This document shows, in pieces, positions 35,556 through 45,366 of a stretch of 51,012 nucleotides of DNA (position 1 is the stretch's first letter; each line of letters starts with the position of its first letter). The stretch lies in the sequence record NC_049815.1; one strand, given 5' to 3'. The DNA is from Escherichia phage tonn. Both the position numbers and the translations under genes were made by a program. The notes beneath the pieces were generated by a model. The model made no database searches and had not been told where the DNA came from. It was given only the letters and a program-made list of their open reading frames with translations.

Positions 35556-38500
35556 ACCAGCTTCCGGTAATCCTTCCGACTTCAACCCTCAATACTCCGT
35601 TTGCATCTTTTACCTTCAATCCCTCATTGGTGAATTTAGTAGCTCCTTCTCCTGGCGTTGATCCGTAATTCTCAAAGATTCCGTTTTTATCAAGCCTCCA
35701 TCCTTGCTGGTTTTGAACAAAGTTGTTTGACTGAATCACATTACCAATCATGGCATTAGTGATTGAACCGTTCTTCACCAAAAGACTATTAATGAAAACC
35801 TGATTATTCTCAACCACGAAAGGCAAAGTAAAAGTCCCTCCAGTAGAGCTAGTCATAATGGCGAACCTGTTAGCATCAAACAAAATTTGCGAGATAAGGC
35901 CGGATGAACCCTGCGAAAGCTGCATCACCATTCCTGCGCTGTATTGCTGGCCTTTGTAAGTAAGGCCAAGTTTCATAGCGTATTTAGCGCCAACTGAATC
36001 AACGCTCGCCCAAGAATCCAACTTTTCAACCAATGCAGATTCAACGTCGCCAAATCGTGCTGTTAATGCCTGGTCAGCCTGAACCCTTGCCTCTGTCTCA
36101 TTGGCGATCGCCTGTTTCACTTCTGAGATGTTAGCCTCGACTTCTGTTTTGATAACTCCGTCAAGGTCGTTTATCTCTTTCGTGAACTTAGCGTCAAGCT
36201 GCTGAACGGCCTGAGCGCGCGCTTCTGACTCGTTAGTGATTGTCTGCCTTACATCGCTAATGCTTGCAGAAGTATCCTTGCGCACGCCGTCGATTTCTTT
36301 TGTGAATTTAGAATCAAGCTGCTGAATTTGAGTCGCTCGCGTCTCTGATTCAGTGGCAATTGCCTCCTGCACTGTCTTGATGCTTGATGTTATCTCGCCA
36401 TCAATTGATGCCCTTAACTCTTCGATTTGAGTTACGCGCGCTTCTGTTTCATTGGCGATAAGCTCAAGAGCATGACCATATTCAGCCTTGCGCTTTCCGT
36501 TTTGCACTCGCGTCCACTTCACATCTGCATCATTTGCCAACGCGTTCTGTATGATTGATTGTGCCTGGTCTTTGATTTTATTGGCGCTGTCTATGGCGTT
36601 CTCTTTGATTTCTTGACCAGCTTCTGTATCAAAAATCTTGTCCAGAATGTCGCCCAAAACAGATTCAACATCATCTGACGCCATACCGCGAACAAAGTCA
36701 GTCCAACTGGAAACGTTGCCTATTCTGTCAACGCTGCGGATTCTATACCATACAACTTGCCCCGCTGGTAACGTGCTATGCCAATACTCATATTGAGGAT
36801 ATGGAATCAGCGTAAGCAGACTTGAGTTTTCAACCGTTCCGTCTGGCGATTGGTGAAGCTCAATGTAAGCCGTATCGCCTGATCCTTCCGGCATACCCCA
36901 TTTGACACGAATGCCAAAAACTTCATTATCAGAAGCCGTAAGATTAATCGGCGCTCCTGGCTCGCCAACTTTACCTGTCAGAGTGGCGGTTGCAATCTTT
37001 GACCACGGGGAAGCGTTACCGCTTGCAGAAACGGATCTCACCCTTACTTGGTAGTTGCCAGAGTAAATCCCTTCTACCTCTATCTCTTTGTTAGCGGTCT
37101 GCGGCGTATTCAGCCAGTTACCATCACCTTTTCGCCACTGCATTTCATAAAGCGATGCGTAAGGAACCTTATCCCATGAAACAACCATAGTCTCAACGCT
37201 AACACCCTGCACGACGCGAGAATAAGATGAGATCTTAACGTTCTCAGGCGCTGCCATCACGTCAGGCTGAACAATTGAAATCGGTCTGTCATCAATGTTT
37301 ACTCCATAATCAATCTCGTCGTATTTGTTCGGATCGTACTCTACAGCCGTGATTGAATAGGTAAACTCGTTTTCGTCATCACCCTTGCTGATGGTTGTCA
37401 CAACGTATTGCTGCAACGCAAGATCAGTACGGTCAATCGCAAAAACAGTATCAGGCTTAACATCAAAACCAAATCCAATATTTAACTCAATGGTTTTTCC
37501 GTCTGCGCTAACCTTTGAGATCGTGCGCTTAACTGGCTTGCCGTCCGGCTTGTTGATGATAATAAAATCACCAGGGCGAGCATCAACCTTAAACGGAACG
37601 AAAACCTGCAATCCTGAAACTTCCATCACTCGGCCCGATAGGTTTAACGTTAGGTTGCTGCTCTGAAAATTATCAGCGATAGCAATCACATCACCTATTG
37701 ATGGAATCATCCCCTCTAGTCCGGTAGCAAAGTTTACAGTAGTGCTTCTAAGGTTTGTTTTCAAAACCCACCGACCGCGACGATTCGCTTCGCTCCTGCG
37801 TGTACAACCGATCGCTGTAATGCTTGTTGGATTGTATCCAAATCGTAATGCAGCCTCAGTATCAAAAACCCCCTCTACGTCCTGCTGATACATGTTTTGT
37901 TCGTCGTCAAACGTCACGTTACACTGCGTGTACATGCTTTTTTCGCTTGCGTTTGTGTACTGAAAATCACCGTTGATGACGTTTTCATTAGTAAACACGT
38001 ATGATGGATCGCGCGGCTTATCAATCACGATTGATAAGCTCTCACCATTCCAAAAACTCATTCCGCGAAAGATTGAGCAAATGTCACGGATTAGCTGATA
38101 AGCCTCAACTTGATTCTGAATCACCACATCGCATAGGTAGCGAGGCTCTGTACCACCCTTGCCGTCTGGAACTTTCTGATCACAGTAAACGCCCGCCTCG
38201 TATAAGCTCCACTTGTCGATCTGTATTCCTAACTCTCGCTGATCAAGTCCGTAACGCTGATTTGTCACCAGATCATAAAGAACCCAAGCCGGATTATTTG
38301 ACCACGCTTTTTTAAAAGTCCCATCCCATGACCCGTGATATTCTCTTGATATTGGATCATAGTTGCTTGGCACATTAATAATCTTCCATTTCTTTTTTAT
38401 AGAAATGTTAGGGATTTGCGTAGGAAACAATTCGCTGTCAAATTCTACGAATACAAGGCCAGTCAGAGGATAACGGAATTTTGCATCAACAACCTCAGCG

Positions 38501-39132
38501 TAACTTTGCAGCTTGATTTTATCAGTCACCTTTGAAGATGTGCTGTCTGGAGTCAGTCGCTTTACTCGGATTAAAACGCGCTCATCAAACTTAGGAAGAT
38601 CAATCCTTCTGCTGCGGTCGTATCCTGATCTTGTCTTGCCGTCAATTACATCTCTCATAACCTCGCTATAAGAACCGCCATCAATAGCCATATCTACGGC
38701 ATACTCAACCCTTACGCCAACAAGATCGCCGTTATCCTCCTGTTTTATGCCAACTGGCATCAGAATCTTGATTCTTATTGCAGAAAGATTTTTGTTTGTC
38801 ACAGAGATAATATAGGGATTGTCTGTTGTAATGTCTCGCGAAACTGTCACCTCGCTTGATGTGTCAGTAAACCCCTGGATGTAATCTTGCGTCTGTGTGC
38901 CTGGTCTATATTCAGCCGTAACTCCCTCGTAGTTAACAGTGCCATCGCTGGCAATAACCGGAACATCATCAAGATAAAGATCGCGCAACGTGAAATCTGG
39001 ATCGCACTCGCCATCAGATACAGCCAGCAAAACTTTAATCTTGTTTATCGAGATCAGGTTATCTTCCATCTCTTTTGGCACGTATGGCTTTTTGCTTCCG
39101 CCCTTACTGCCGCTTATCATATATTTAGCCAT
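35554..39132 (-). CDS. tail tip / host specificity protein (lambda J-like)
   Basis: ~1192 aa from ATG 39132; last gene of M-L-K-I-J-type tail tip cluster. Confidence 0.85.
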   Translation of the reverse strand: MAKYMISGSKGGSKKPYVPKEMEDNLISINKIKVLLAVSDGECDPDFTLRDLYLDDVPVIASDGTVNYEGVTAEYRPGTQTQDYIQGFTDTSSEVTVSRDITTDNPYIISVTNKNLSAIRIKILMPVGIKQEDNGDLVGVRVEYAVDMAIDGGSYSEVMRDVIDGKTRSGYDRSRRIDLPKFDERVLIRVKRLTPDSTSSKVTDKIKLQSYAEVVDAKFRYPLTGLVFVEFDSELFPTQIPNISIKKKWKIINVPSNYDPISREYHGSWDGTFKKAWSNNPAWVLYDLVTNQRYGLDQRELGIQIDKWSLYEAGVYCDQKVPDGKGGTEPRYLCDVVIQNQVEAYQLIRDICSIFRGMSFWNGESLSIVIDKPRDPSYVFTNENVINGDFQYTNASEKSMYTQCNVTFDDEQNMYQQDVEGVFDTEAALRFGYNPTSITAIGCTRRSEANRRGRWVLKTNLRSTTVNFATGLEGMIPSIGDVIAIADNFQSSNLTLNLSGRVMEVSGLQVFVPFKVDARPGDFIIINKPDGKPVKRTISKVSADGKTIELNIGFGFDVKPDTVFAIDRTDLALQQYVVTTISKGDDENEFTYSITAVEYDPNKYDEIDYGVNIDDRPISIVQPDVMAAPENVKISSYSRVVQGVSVETMVVSWDKVPYASLYEMQWRKGDGNWLNTPQTANKEIEVEGIYSGNYQVRVRSVSASGNASPWSKIATATLTGKVGEPGAPINLTASDNEVFGIRVKWGMPEGSGDTAYIELHQSPDGTVENSSLLTLIPYPQYEYWHSTLPAGQVVWYRIRSVDRIGNVSSWTDFVRGMASDDVESVLGDILDKIFDTEAGQEIKENAIDSANKIKDQAQSIIQNALANDADVKWTRVQNGKRKAEYGHALELIANETEARVTQIEELRASIDGEITSSIKTVQEAIATESETRATQIQQLDSKFTKEIDGVRKDTSASISDVRQTITNESEARAQAVQQLDAKFTKEINDLDGVIKTEVEANISEVKQAIANETEARVQADQALTARFGDVESALVEKLDSWASVDSVGAKYAMKLGLTYKGQQYSAGMVMQLSQGSSGLISQILFDANRFAIMTSSTGGTFTLPFVVENNQVFINSLLVKNGSITNAMIGNVIQSNNFVQNQQGWRLDKNGIFENYGSTPGEGATKFTNEGLKVKDANGVLRVEVGRITGSW

Positions 39133-39424
39133 GACTTTTAACCTTTTGTGCTGTTTCTTGGTTTGCACATTATAAATGCACAAAAAAACCAGCGCAATGC
39201 TGGTTAAATCTACTTTCCGTGGTTTATGTGGAATTTGTTTAAAACTTCAATCTCTATCATCTTTTCTGCCGCTTCCTGCCTCACTTCCTTTCTTTATCCT
39301 TCTTCCTACGTCTACAGCCCAAAATAACTTACCGTCATTATAATAAAAAATATCACGCCACATGATCACATCCTTAATTAATTGTAAAGCGAAAATCCGT
39401 TTTCGCTTTAACATATTGTGCTAT

Positions 39425-40021
39425 TTATGCTTTGTCCTCTGCGTAGCTGCCAGCCGACCAGATCGCGCCGCCTACTGTCCTATATCCATATGGCAAAGGA
39501 ACCGGATAACCTGCCGCCGTGGTATTTACTGCGCCTCCGAAAGCGTAAGAAGGCTTATTTTCTGCTGATTGGCTTTGCAGTTTCATTCCGCCCTGCTGCG
39601 GCGAGATCATTTGCATGACACCGCCAAGCGCGATAGCACCACCCATCATAAATGCGGAAGATGCAAAAGCGCCCATAGCCGCCAGGCTTGCACCGCCAGT
39701 AATGAACGCAGTAGCCATAATTACAGCACCAAAAACAACATTGAACAGGCCGCCGGACTTAGAACCAGTTGGAACAGGAACTATTCGAACCTCTCGCGCG
39801 CACTTCCATGATTTTTCATCATGCTGACCAACGTTTTTTCCATCAACGAATACAGCGTACTTCATGCGCGATCCTACTTCGCTTTGCATGTAGTCTTTGA
39901 ACCCTTCAACCTGGGAAGATAACGCACGTATTGCTTCGGGGTATGAGTCAACCGCCATTTTGTGAAAGACGCCAAATCTACGCCCCAGTGAACCAGATAG
40001 CTTAATTACTTTCAATGTCAT
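39425..40021 (-). CDS. tail assembly protein (lambda I-like)
   Basis: 198 aa; Gly/Ala-rich hydrophobic C-terminal half; downstream of K-like gene. Confidence 0.7.
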   Translation of the reverse strand: MTLKVIKLSGSLGRRFGVFHKMAVDSYPEAIRALSSQVEGFKDYMQSEVGSRMKYAVFVDGKNVGQHDEKSWKCAREVRIVPVPTGSKSGGLFNVVFGAVIMATAFITGGASLAAMGAFASSAFMMGGAIALGGVMQMISPQQGGMKLQSQSAENKPSYAFGGAVNTTAAGYPVPLPYGYRTVGGAIWSAGSYAEDKA

Positions 40022-40733
40022 ATTTCAGATCCTTATGTCGGCAAATTTTTACAGTGTGCTCCTGATACCATCCAGAATACAAGTCGATGCGAGATAGCTT
40101 TCCAAACGCATGATGTAATAGCTGGTTGTTACCCAAATAAATTCCCGCATGATTCCAGACTGGTGATGATAGTTGCATAATCACCATATCACCAGGTTTT
40201 GGAGGCTCGTTAGTTTCAACAAATCCCTCTTTCAAATAATTATCCTGGTAAAGATTTTCACCATATTCTGACTTCCACCACTCGTAAGGCTTTCGGAAGT
40301 CATTCAATACTACTCCGTGCTGTTTATGCCATGCCATGATAAGACCCCAGCAATCGAACGACCCCAGCGACCACGGGCGACCGATAAGCGGCCTCTCCTG
40401 CGGCTCGACAATTCTCATATCACCTTCGGGCCATGAAACTATAATCCACGACACACCCATTTCATCGCACATACATGAGTCGTGCGCGCTCGGTATCGTA
40501 CTAGCACCATCACCGCAATGGGAATGCACCACCGCGATTAATTCGCCTTTGTCGAGCGATTCAGCGTATTCTACGGCGTCCATTTCAAAGTGATTTTCTG
40601 GATCGTCATGCACGTTGGTTATGCGGTGATATTTCTGTACCCGTGACTTTTGAGTTATGACGCCGCAAGCCTCTTTAGGGTATTCCTCTTTAACGTGCTG
40701 CATTATTTCAAGTTTAATTTTTGCACTAATCAT
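40002..40733 (-). CDS. tail assembly protein (lambda K-like; JAMM/MPN plus NlpC/P60)
   Basis: HSHCGDGASTIPSAHD JAMM-like motif; C-terminal Cys/His peptidase-like region; TAATG coupling to L. Confidence 0.75.
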   Translation of the reverse strand: MISAKIKLEIMQHVKEEYPKEACGVITQKSRVQKYHRITNVHDDPENHFEMDAVEYAESLDKGELIAVVHSHCGDGASTIPSAHDSCMCDEMGVSWIIVSWPEGDMRIVEPQERPLIGRPWSLGSFDCWGLIMAWHKQHGVVLNDFRKPYEWWKSEYGENLYQDNYLKEGFVETNEPPKPGDMVIMQLSSPVWNHAGIYLGNNQLLHHAFGKLSRIDLYSGWYQEHTVKICRHKDLKYDIESN

Positions 40734-41494
40734 TATTGATTCCTCCGTAGCAGTGACGCCACCGCGCAACCGCCGAAATCCAACTCGTTTTGCTGACCGA
40801 ATCTCAATTTGCAAGCCGTTACAGTTCCGGCGCAATAGTCTTGTGATGGATCTGTTACTGGCTTATTGTCTTTATCGAACATTGCCGATCCGTTATAAGA
40901 GCAACCCTTTCCGCTCCTGTACCATCCCCTTTGCGCCCAATAGCAAACGCTTTGAGTGATGCGCGGCGGGATCATCAGTCCATCCATATCGTAAGGCGAT
41001 GTTAGATCAAATTTCGCTATCTCTCTATTGTACTGGCTTGGGCGCTCAATGTAATAAACCAATTTTCTGTAAGCGCCATCTTTGATTGCTCCGCCTTCTC
41101 CGATAAATTCCTTTGCCGTTATCCAGAAAGTCACCTTTGCTTGCATCATGCCATTGTAATTTCTGATCATGGCGCTCACCCTGCTGTCAAGGTTTGACAC
41201 TATAAGCTGAGGCTTATCTGCCCTGCCGTTACTTGTGAAGTTAATACCGCTCACACCGAAAGGCCGCGCTCCGTAAACCTCACCCTGAAAAATAATATCT
41301 TTCGGCGGCAATATTCCGGTTTGCTGCGCTTGCATTAATTCTTCGGCAGTATAAGAGATGTTCTCATTGTGAAATCGGTAAATATTTGCTCCGAACTTCG
41401 TCCCGTCAATCTCTACAAGCGTTATAATTTCGCCTGGGTACAAACTTTGTAGGCAGTTCTCAAATTCAACTCTACCTGATTCTTTATTAGCCAT
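40733..41494 (-). CDS. minor tail protein (lambda L-like)
   Basis: 253 aa; between M-like and K-like genes. Confidence 0.7.
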   Translation of the reverse strand: MANKESGRVEFENCLQSLYPGEIITLVEIDGTKFGANIYRFHNENISYTAEELMQAQQTGILPPKDIIFQGEVYGARPFGVSGINFTSNGRADKPQLIVSNLDSRVSAMIRNYNGMMQAKVTFWITAKEFIGEGGAIKDGAYRKLVYYIERPSQYNREIAKFDLTSPYDMDGLMIPPRITQSVCYWAQRGWYRSGKGCSYNGSAMFDKDNKPVTDPSQDYCAGTVTACKLRFGQQNELDFGGCAVASLLRRNQ

Positions 41495-41556
41495 TTTCTA
41501 CCTCCTTTTTGCTCATTGTAACATCAAGAAAAAAGCCGCACAAAGGCGGCTTTAAA

Positions 41557-41913
41557 TTACTGCATTGATGTAAATTGTTCCGTAAAAGTGGCTTTTACTT
41601 CCTGAACGGTTGGCGACAATGGAGTAAGGCCGACGCTACCGCTTTTCACCCTAAACAATCCAGGGCTTCCATCTGGCATGATCCACAAGAAAGGTTTTAG
41701 CCTGTGCTCATTCAGGAACTTGACAACATCTCTGTAATCAAGCCCAGCGTAAACAATGCTGAACTCTCGCCGGATTGTGTTAAAACCTCCAGATGCTACC
41801 TGTGTGTATCCGTTACCGAATGCAATCTCTCGATCGTTATTCGATGACGTCATGGCCCCGCCACCATTCTGAACCTGCGTACACCACTTAAACTGATCCA
41901 GCTTCATTATCAA
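41557..41913 (-). CDS. minor tail protein (lambda M-like)
   Basis: 118 aa; immediately downstream of tape measure gene with 4-nt overlap. Confidence 0.65.
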   Translation of the reverse strand: MIMKLDQFKWCTQVQNGGGAMTSSNNDREIAFGNGYTQVASGGFNTIRREFSIVYAGLDYRDVVKFLNEHRLKPFLWIMPDGSPGLFRVKSGSVGLTPLSPTVQEVKATFTEQFTSMQ

Positions 41914-44591
41914 CCTCGCTTGCTCATAACAAATTCGTAAACCTCGCCGCCCTGCATACAGGAACGTTTAATCATATCAGTAAAGATCATCTTAACACCA
42001 GTTTCGATGCCCTTCGGATCGTTTCCGTTAGTGATGCTAACATCAATCCCGCCGATGTTAAATTGAGGTGCTCCACCAGTTACAGCGCCACCGCCAGTAT
42101 AGCCGGAACTACCAACAACGCCGCCGTTAGCATAGCCTCGCATCATGCGGTACAAGTTTCCTACCCCGATACGCTGCGTCGCCTCCTTCGTCATGACAAA
42201 TTCACCTTTATGGACAATTCCGGCTGGCTCATACTTCCCGCCGTCTCCAGTGTATCCACCGCCAGCAAATCCGCCAATATTCTTAAGCAAGCTCCCCATC
42301 GTCCAGGTTTGACCACCCATCAGGCCAGATAACGCATTAAAGACGACCATTTTCGTGATCATCTGAATAATCATTTTGATGATAGCCGTCGAGAAGTCTT
42401 TAAAGTTTGCCTTGCCAGTAGCGATAAAATTCGCTAATTGGTTTGTAAGGCCGTTTAACGCCTCGCTTGCGATCTGCTGAACATTGCCATAGGCATTGTT
42501 TGCATCTTCCGCGAACATCTCCCATGCGTTTTTTGCTCCTGCCAACCAGTTGCCTTGAACCTCATCCTGTGTCTGATAATACTGCTTAAGTTTCGCCTCC
42601 ATTTGCTGAAAAACTTCATCGCTAACGCTTCCGCCTTGCGCCTCGTAGTCGGTGCGCAGCTTGCGTAACTCTAGCTCACGCTCGATCTGCTTTTCAGTGT
42701 AGCCAAGTTGCTTAAGGCCAAGCACATCAATAGCCGCCTGAGTTTCACGGATAAACTTAATGCTATCTTGCTCCAGCTTGTTTTTGCGCTCCTGTAAAAC
42801 AATCTGATCCCCTAGCTCCGCTTTTTGCCTTGCCATTTCAAGAACGGCTTTTTGCTCGTTTAGTAGCGCCTGTTCCGCTCCGGTCAATTTACGCTTGCTC
42901 TGCGCTTCCTCCAGGATCTCGATCTGCTTTTCGATACTCCATAATGATTTACGCTGGCGAGAAATAACATCGTTAACAGTGCGATGCTCTTTAAGCATCT
43001 CCAGTTGCGCTTTTAAAACGTACAACTCTTTATCAAGCTGCTCAGTCGGGCCGCGAACTATTCCACCTTTAGCCTCTTTCTTTTTCTGCTCCTGCTTCTT
43101 GATTTCCTCAAGCTCTTTGCGCCTAAACTCCACGTTTTCAGCCGCTCGCTTTTTCAGTTCTTCATCAGCCGAACGCGCCACATTTTTCTGATCCTCAATG
43201 GCTTTGTTTAAAGCCTCCTGTGCTGCGCGCACTCTGTTTAAGGCCAGGTTTTCTTTGTCGATTCGCTCCGCTCGTTCAGCCATGTCCTTATTCGCATCTT
43301 TTACGACCTTTCCAATGTCTTCATAAGTGTTAAGTGCAAACTTAAGCATAGGGTTAACATAGCCAAGCTCCTTACCTAACAGGCCGCCGGACGGGGAAGC
43401 GTAATCACGCTTCGCTTTCAAAACCTCATACCACGAATCGCCCAACTCAAGGACTTTGTTTTTGTGGTTTGCAATTTCGTTATTCAAGCTGACAAAGCTA
43501 GACGCGCCCTTGTACTCGTTGACTTTCTTTTTTGCGTCATCATAAGTCATGCCAACGTCAACCAGTTTTTTAATCGCCTCGCTCGCGCCGTCTTTCGTGG
43601 TGATGTAAGCCTTTGCCAGATCTTCGGCGCTTTCGCCTGTCTTGTCGGAAAGCTCCTTGATTCCTATAGCAATCTTTTCGGCAAACTCACCACTCAAGCC
43701 AGTTGTTTCCTGAACTGTTTTTTTAATTTCCTCAAGCTCTGTCTGTGCTTTGTAGGCATTATATGCAGCAATTGCCAGCGTGCCTGAAAGTAAGCCAAAC
43801 GCCACGTTTACCGGATTCAGGAAAGATAGCAACGCTTTTAAAGCATTGGATGCGCCACCAAAAGAATCCTTAATCTGTCCGCCCTGCTGGATTGCGACCA
43901 ACCAAACAGGCATTCCAGAAGCAAGTGAAGTCACCACGTCTGTGATCTGCATTGGCAATTGCGCCATTGCTTGTTTGTATTGGCCCGTAGAAATTCCAAG
44001 TTTTTGGATCTGCTTTTCCTGCTCTTTCAGCCTTGCGATGTAAGGCGCTGCCTCCTGGCTAACACCAAGCTGTGCCGCTTTCATTTCCAGCAATTCAGAC
44101 TTGCTTTTTCCGGCTGCTTCTTCCTGCTCACGCAAAGCCTGGACGAATTTTTTAGCCTCTTCCGCTGCACGCGCTTTGTTCTTTGATTCCTCAAGCGCCG
44201 CGCGGCCTTCCTCCGTCATCGCTTTTTTTGTTGCGATCAGCTTGTTTTGCTGCGTCTCAAGAATTGCCCCAAGCTCAAAAAAAGTCTGATCAGGAACAAT
44301 GCCCTTTTTCCATAGCGCATCAAGCTGTGTCGCTGCCTTTCGCAGCTTATCCATCTTTGACGCTGTGGGATCAATTGACTCCTGGATTTTCTTAAATTCT
44401 GCTTTCTGGCGCGCCAGTTCTTCGGCAAGCTGTTTTGCTTGCTGTCGGGCCACAACCTCAGAATCAACAAATTCATTAACGCTTTTTTTTGCGTCGTCGT
44501 TTGCCTTCTTGAATTGCTGCAATGATTTAACAGCATTGTTGACCTGCGACACGTCAACGCCTAGCGTTAGGCCAGCGTATTTTTCAGCCAT
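41910..44591 (-). CDS. tail tape measure protein
   Basis: 893 aa, long alpha-helical/coiled-coil charged repeats, Gly-rich C-terminal region. Confidence 0.85.
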   Translation of the reverse strand: MAEKYAGLTLGVDVSQVNNAVKSLQQFKKANDDAKKSVNEFVDSEVVARQQAKQLAEELARQKAEFKKIQESIDPTASKMDKLRKAATQLDALWKKGIVPDQTFFELGAILETQQNKLIATKKAMTEEGRAALEESKNKARAAEEAKKFVQALREQEEAAGKSKSELLEMKAAQLGVSQEAAPYIARLKEQEKQIQKLGISTGQYKQAMAQLPMQITDVVTSLASGMPVWLVAIQQGGQIKDSFGGASNALKALLSFLNPVNVAFGLLSGTLAIAAYNAYKAQTELEEIKKTVQETTGLSGEFAEKIAIGIKELSDKTGESAEDLAKAYITTKDGASEAIKKLVDVGMTYDDAKKKVNEYKGASSFVSLNNEIANHKNKVLELGDSWYEVLKAKRDYASPSGGLLGKELGYVNPMLKFALNTYEDIGKVVKDANKDMAERAERIDKENLALNRVRAAQEALNKAIEDQKNVARSADEELKKRAAENVEFRRKELEEIKKQEQKKKEAKGGIVRGPTEQLDKELYVLKAQLEMLKEHRTVNDVISRQRKSLWSIEKQIEILEEAQSKRKLTGAEQALLNEQKAVLEMARQKAELGDQIVLQERKNKLEQDSIKFIRETQAAIDVLGLKQLGYTEKQIERELELRKLRTDYEAQGGSVSDEVFQQMEAKLKQYYQTQDEVQGNWLAGAKNAWEMFAEDANNAYGNVQQIASEALNGLTNQLANFIATGKANFKDFSTAIIKMIIQMITKMVVFNALSGLMGGQTWTMGSLLKNIGGFAGGGYTGDGGKYEPAGIVHKGEFVMTKEATQRIGVGNLYRMMRGYANGGVVGSSGYTGGGAVTGGAPQFNIGGIDVSITNGNDPKGIETGVKMIFTDMIKRSCMQGGEVYEFVMSKRG

Positions 44592-44630
44592 TTTAAAACC
44601 TCCAGATATTAAAAAAGCGCCTCGCGGCGC

Positions 44631-45265
44631 TTATGTTTTGTTTGAATGAATCATTTCTAGCGCCTTTTGTTCCATGATGCGCAAATCATTTAGCGCCATC
44701 TCCCGATCCTCAATCTTGTAAATGTCAAAAAGCATAGGCAAAACGTTATAGTCGAACCCATACACACTGCCGCTAGTCGATCTCCATTGCGTCTGCATAG
44801 CGCAAAACAGATCCCAAGATTGAAACATTGATTCATCAAAAATTACCTCCGGCGGCTCCTCCCCTTCGTAGTCTGAACGGGATAGGCCGACGGCCTCTAA
44901 TTGTGCGTCAGTTGGCGGCTTGAGGTAAAACAGGTAAACCGCCCGCTTTAGTTTTTTACCCGCTGCCCCGCAAGTGCTTTCATATAATGACCAGTCAGCG
45001 ATAATGACGCAGACGGGTAATAATCCAGCAATTTAGCAACGTTTTCCTCGTTAAATTCATCTTCCAGATCCCAACCGGAAGCAAGGAAGGTGATCATTTC
45101 TACGTCGCTCATCGGCTTTTCTGCCGTGTATCGTTCGTGAATTTCGCTTGCCTTCTTGTGGCGCACGGTAAAAACAATAACTTGCTCATCACCATTTGGA
45201 AGCACGAAAGAAACAGGCAGCTTAAAATCAGGCAGTGGGCCTAACGTTAGTTTCATCTTTGCCAT
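44631..45265 (-). CDS. tail assembly chaperone GT-like fusion made by -1 programmed frameshift
   Basis: -1 frame after A_AAA_AAC continues open for ~106 codons to stop at 44631 (manually translated ...KLKRAVYLFYLKPPTDAQLEAVGLSRSDYEGEEPPEVIFDESMFQSWD...). Confidence 0.5.
44948..45265 (-). CDS. tail assembly chaperone (lambda G-like)
   Basis: 105 aa ORF directly upstream of tape measure gene; ends at slippery site. Confidence 0.7.
   Translation of the reverse strand: MAKMKLTLGPLPDFKLPVSFVLPNGDEQVIVFTVRHKKASEIHERYTAEKPMSDVEMITFLASGWDLEDEFNEENVAKLLDYYPSASLSLTGHYMKALAGQRVKN
44951..44957 (-). other. slippery heptamer A AAA AAC (programmed -1 ribosomal frameshift site)
   Basis: codons GTA AAA AAC TAA at end of the G-like ORF; X_XXY_YYZ pattern. 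Confidence 0.55.
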
Positions 45266-45277
45266 CTTAAGATCTCC

Positions 45278-45298
45278 TTATAGCACTTTTTGTTAAAA
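45278..45298 (+). promoter_or_regulatory. 21-bp motif copy in antisense orientation within the tail module
   Basis: TTATAGCACTTTTTGTTAAAA on + strand while flanking genes are on - strand. Confidence 0.35.
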
Positions 45299-45337
45299 GT
45301 GGAATTAATTTATTTGATAGATTGATTTTACAGGAAT

Positions 45338-45366
45338 GAAAAAAGGGGCGCAACGCCCCTTGTTTT
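45338..45366. terminator. rho-independent terminator immediately after major tail protein gene
   Basis: GGGGCG-caa-CGCCCC flanked by A7 and TTGTTTT. Confidence 0.6.

Noticed and set aside
42063-44649. Multiple + strand ORFs opposite the tape measure gene
   Set aside because: Typical shadow ORFs of a long, compositionally biased gene on the other strand.
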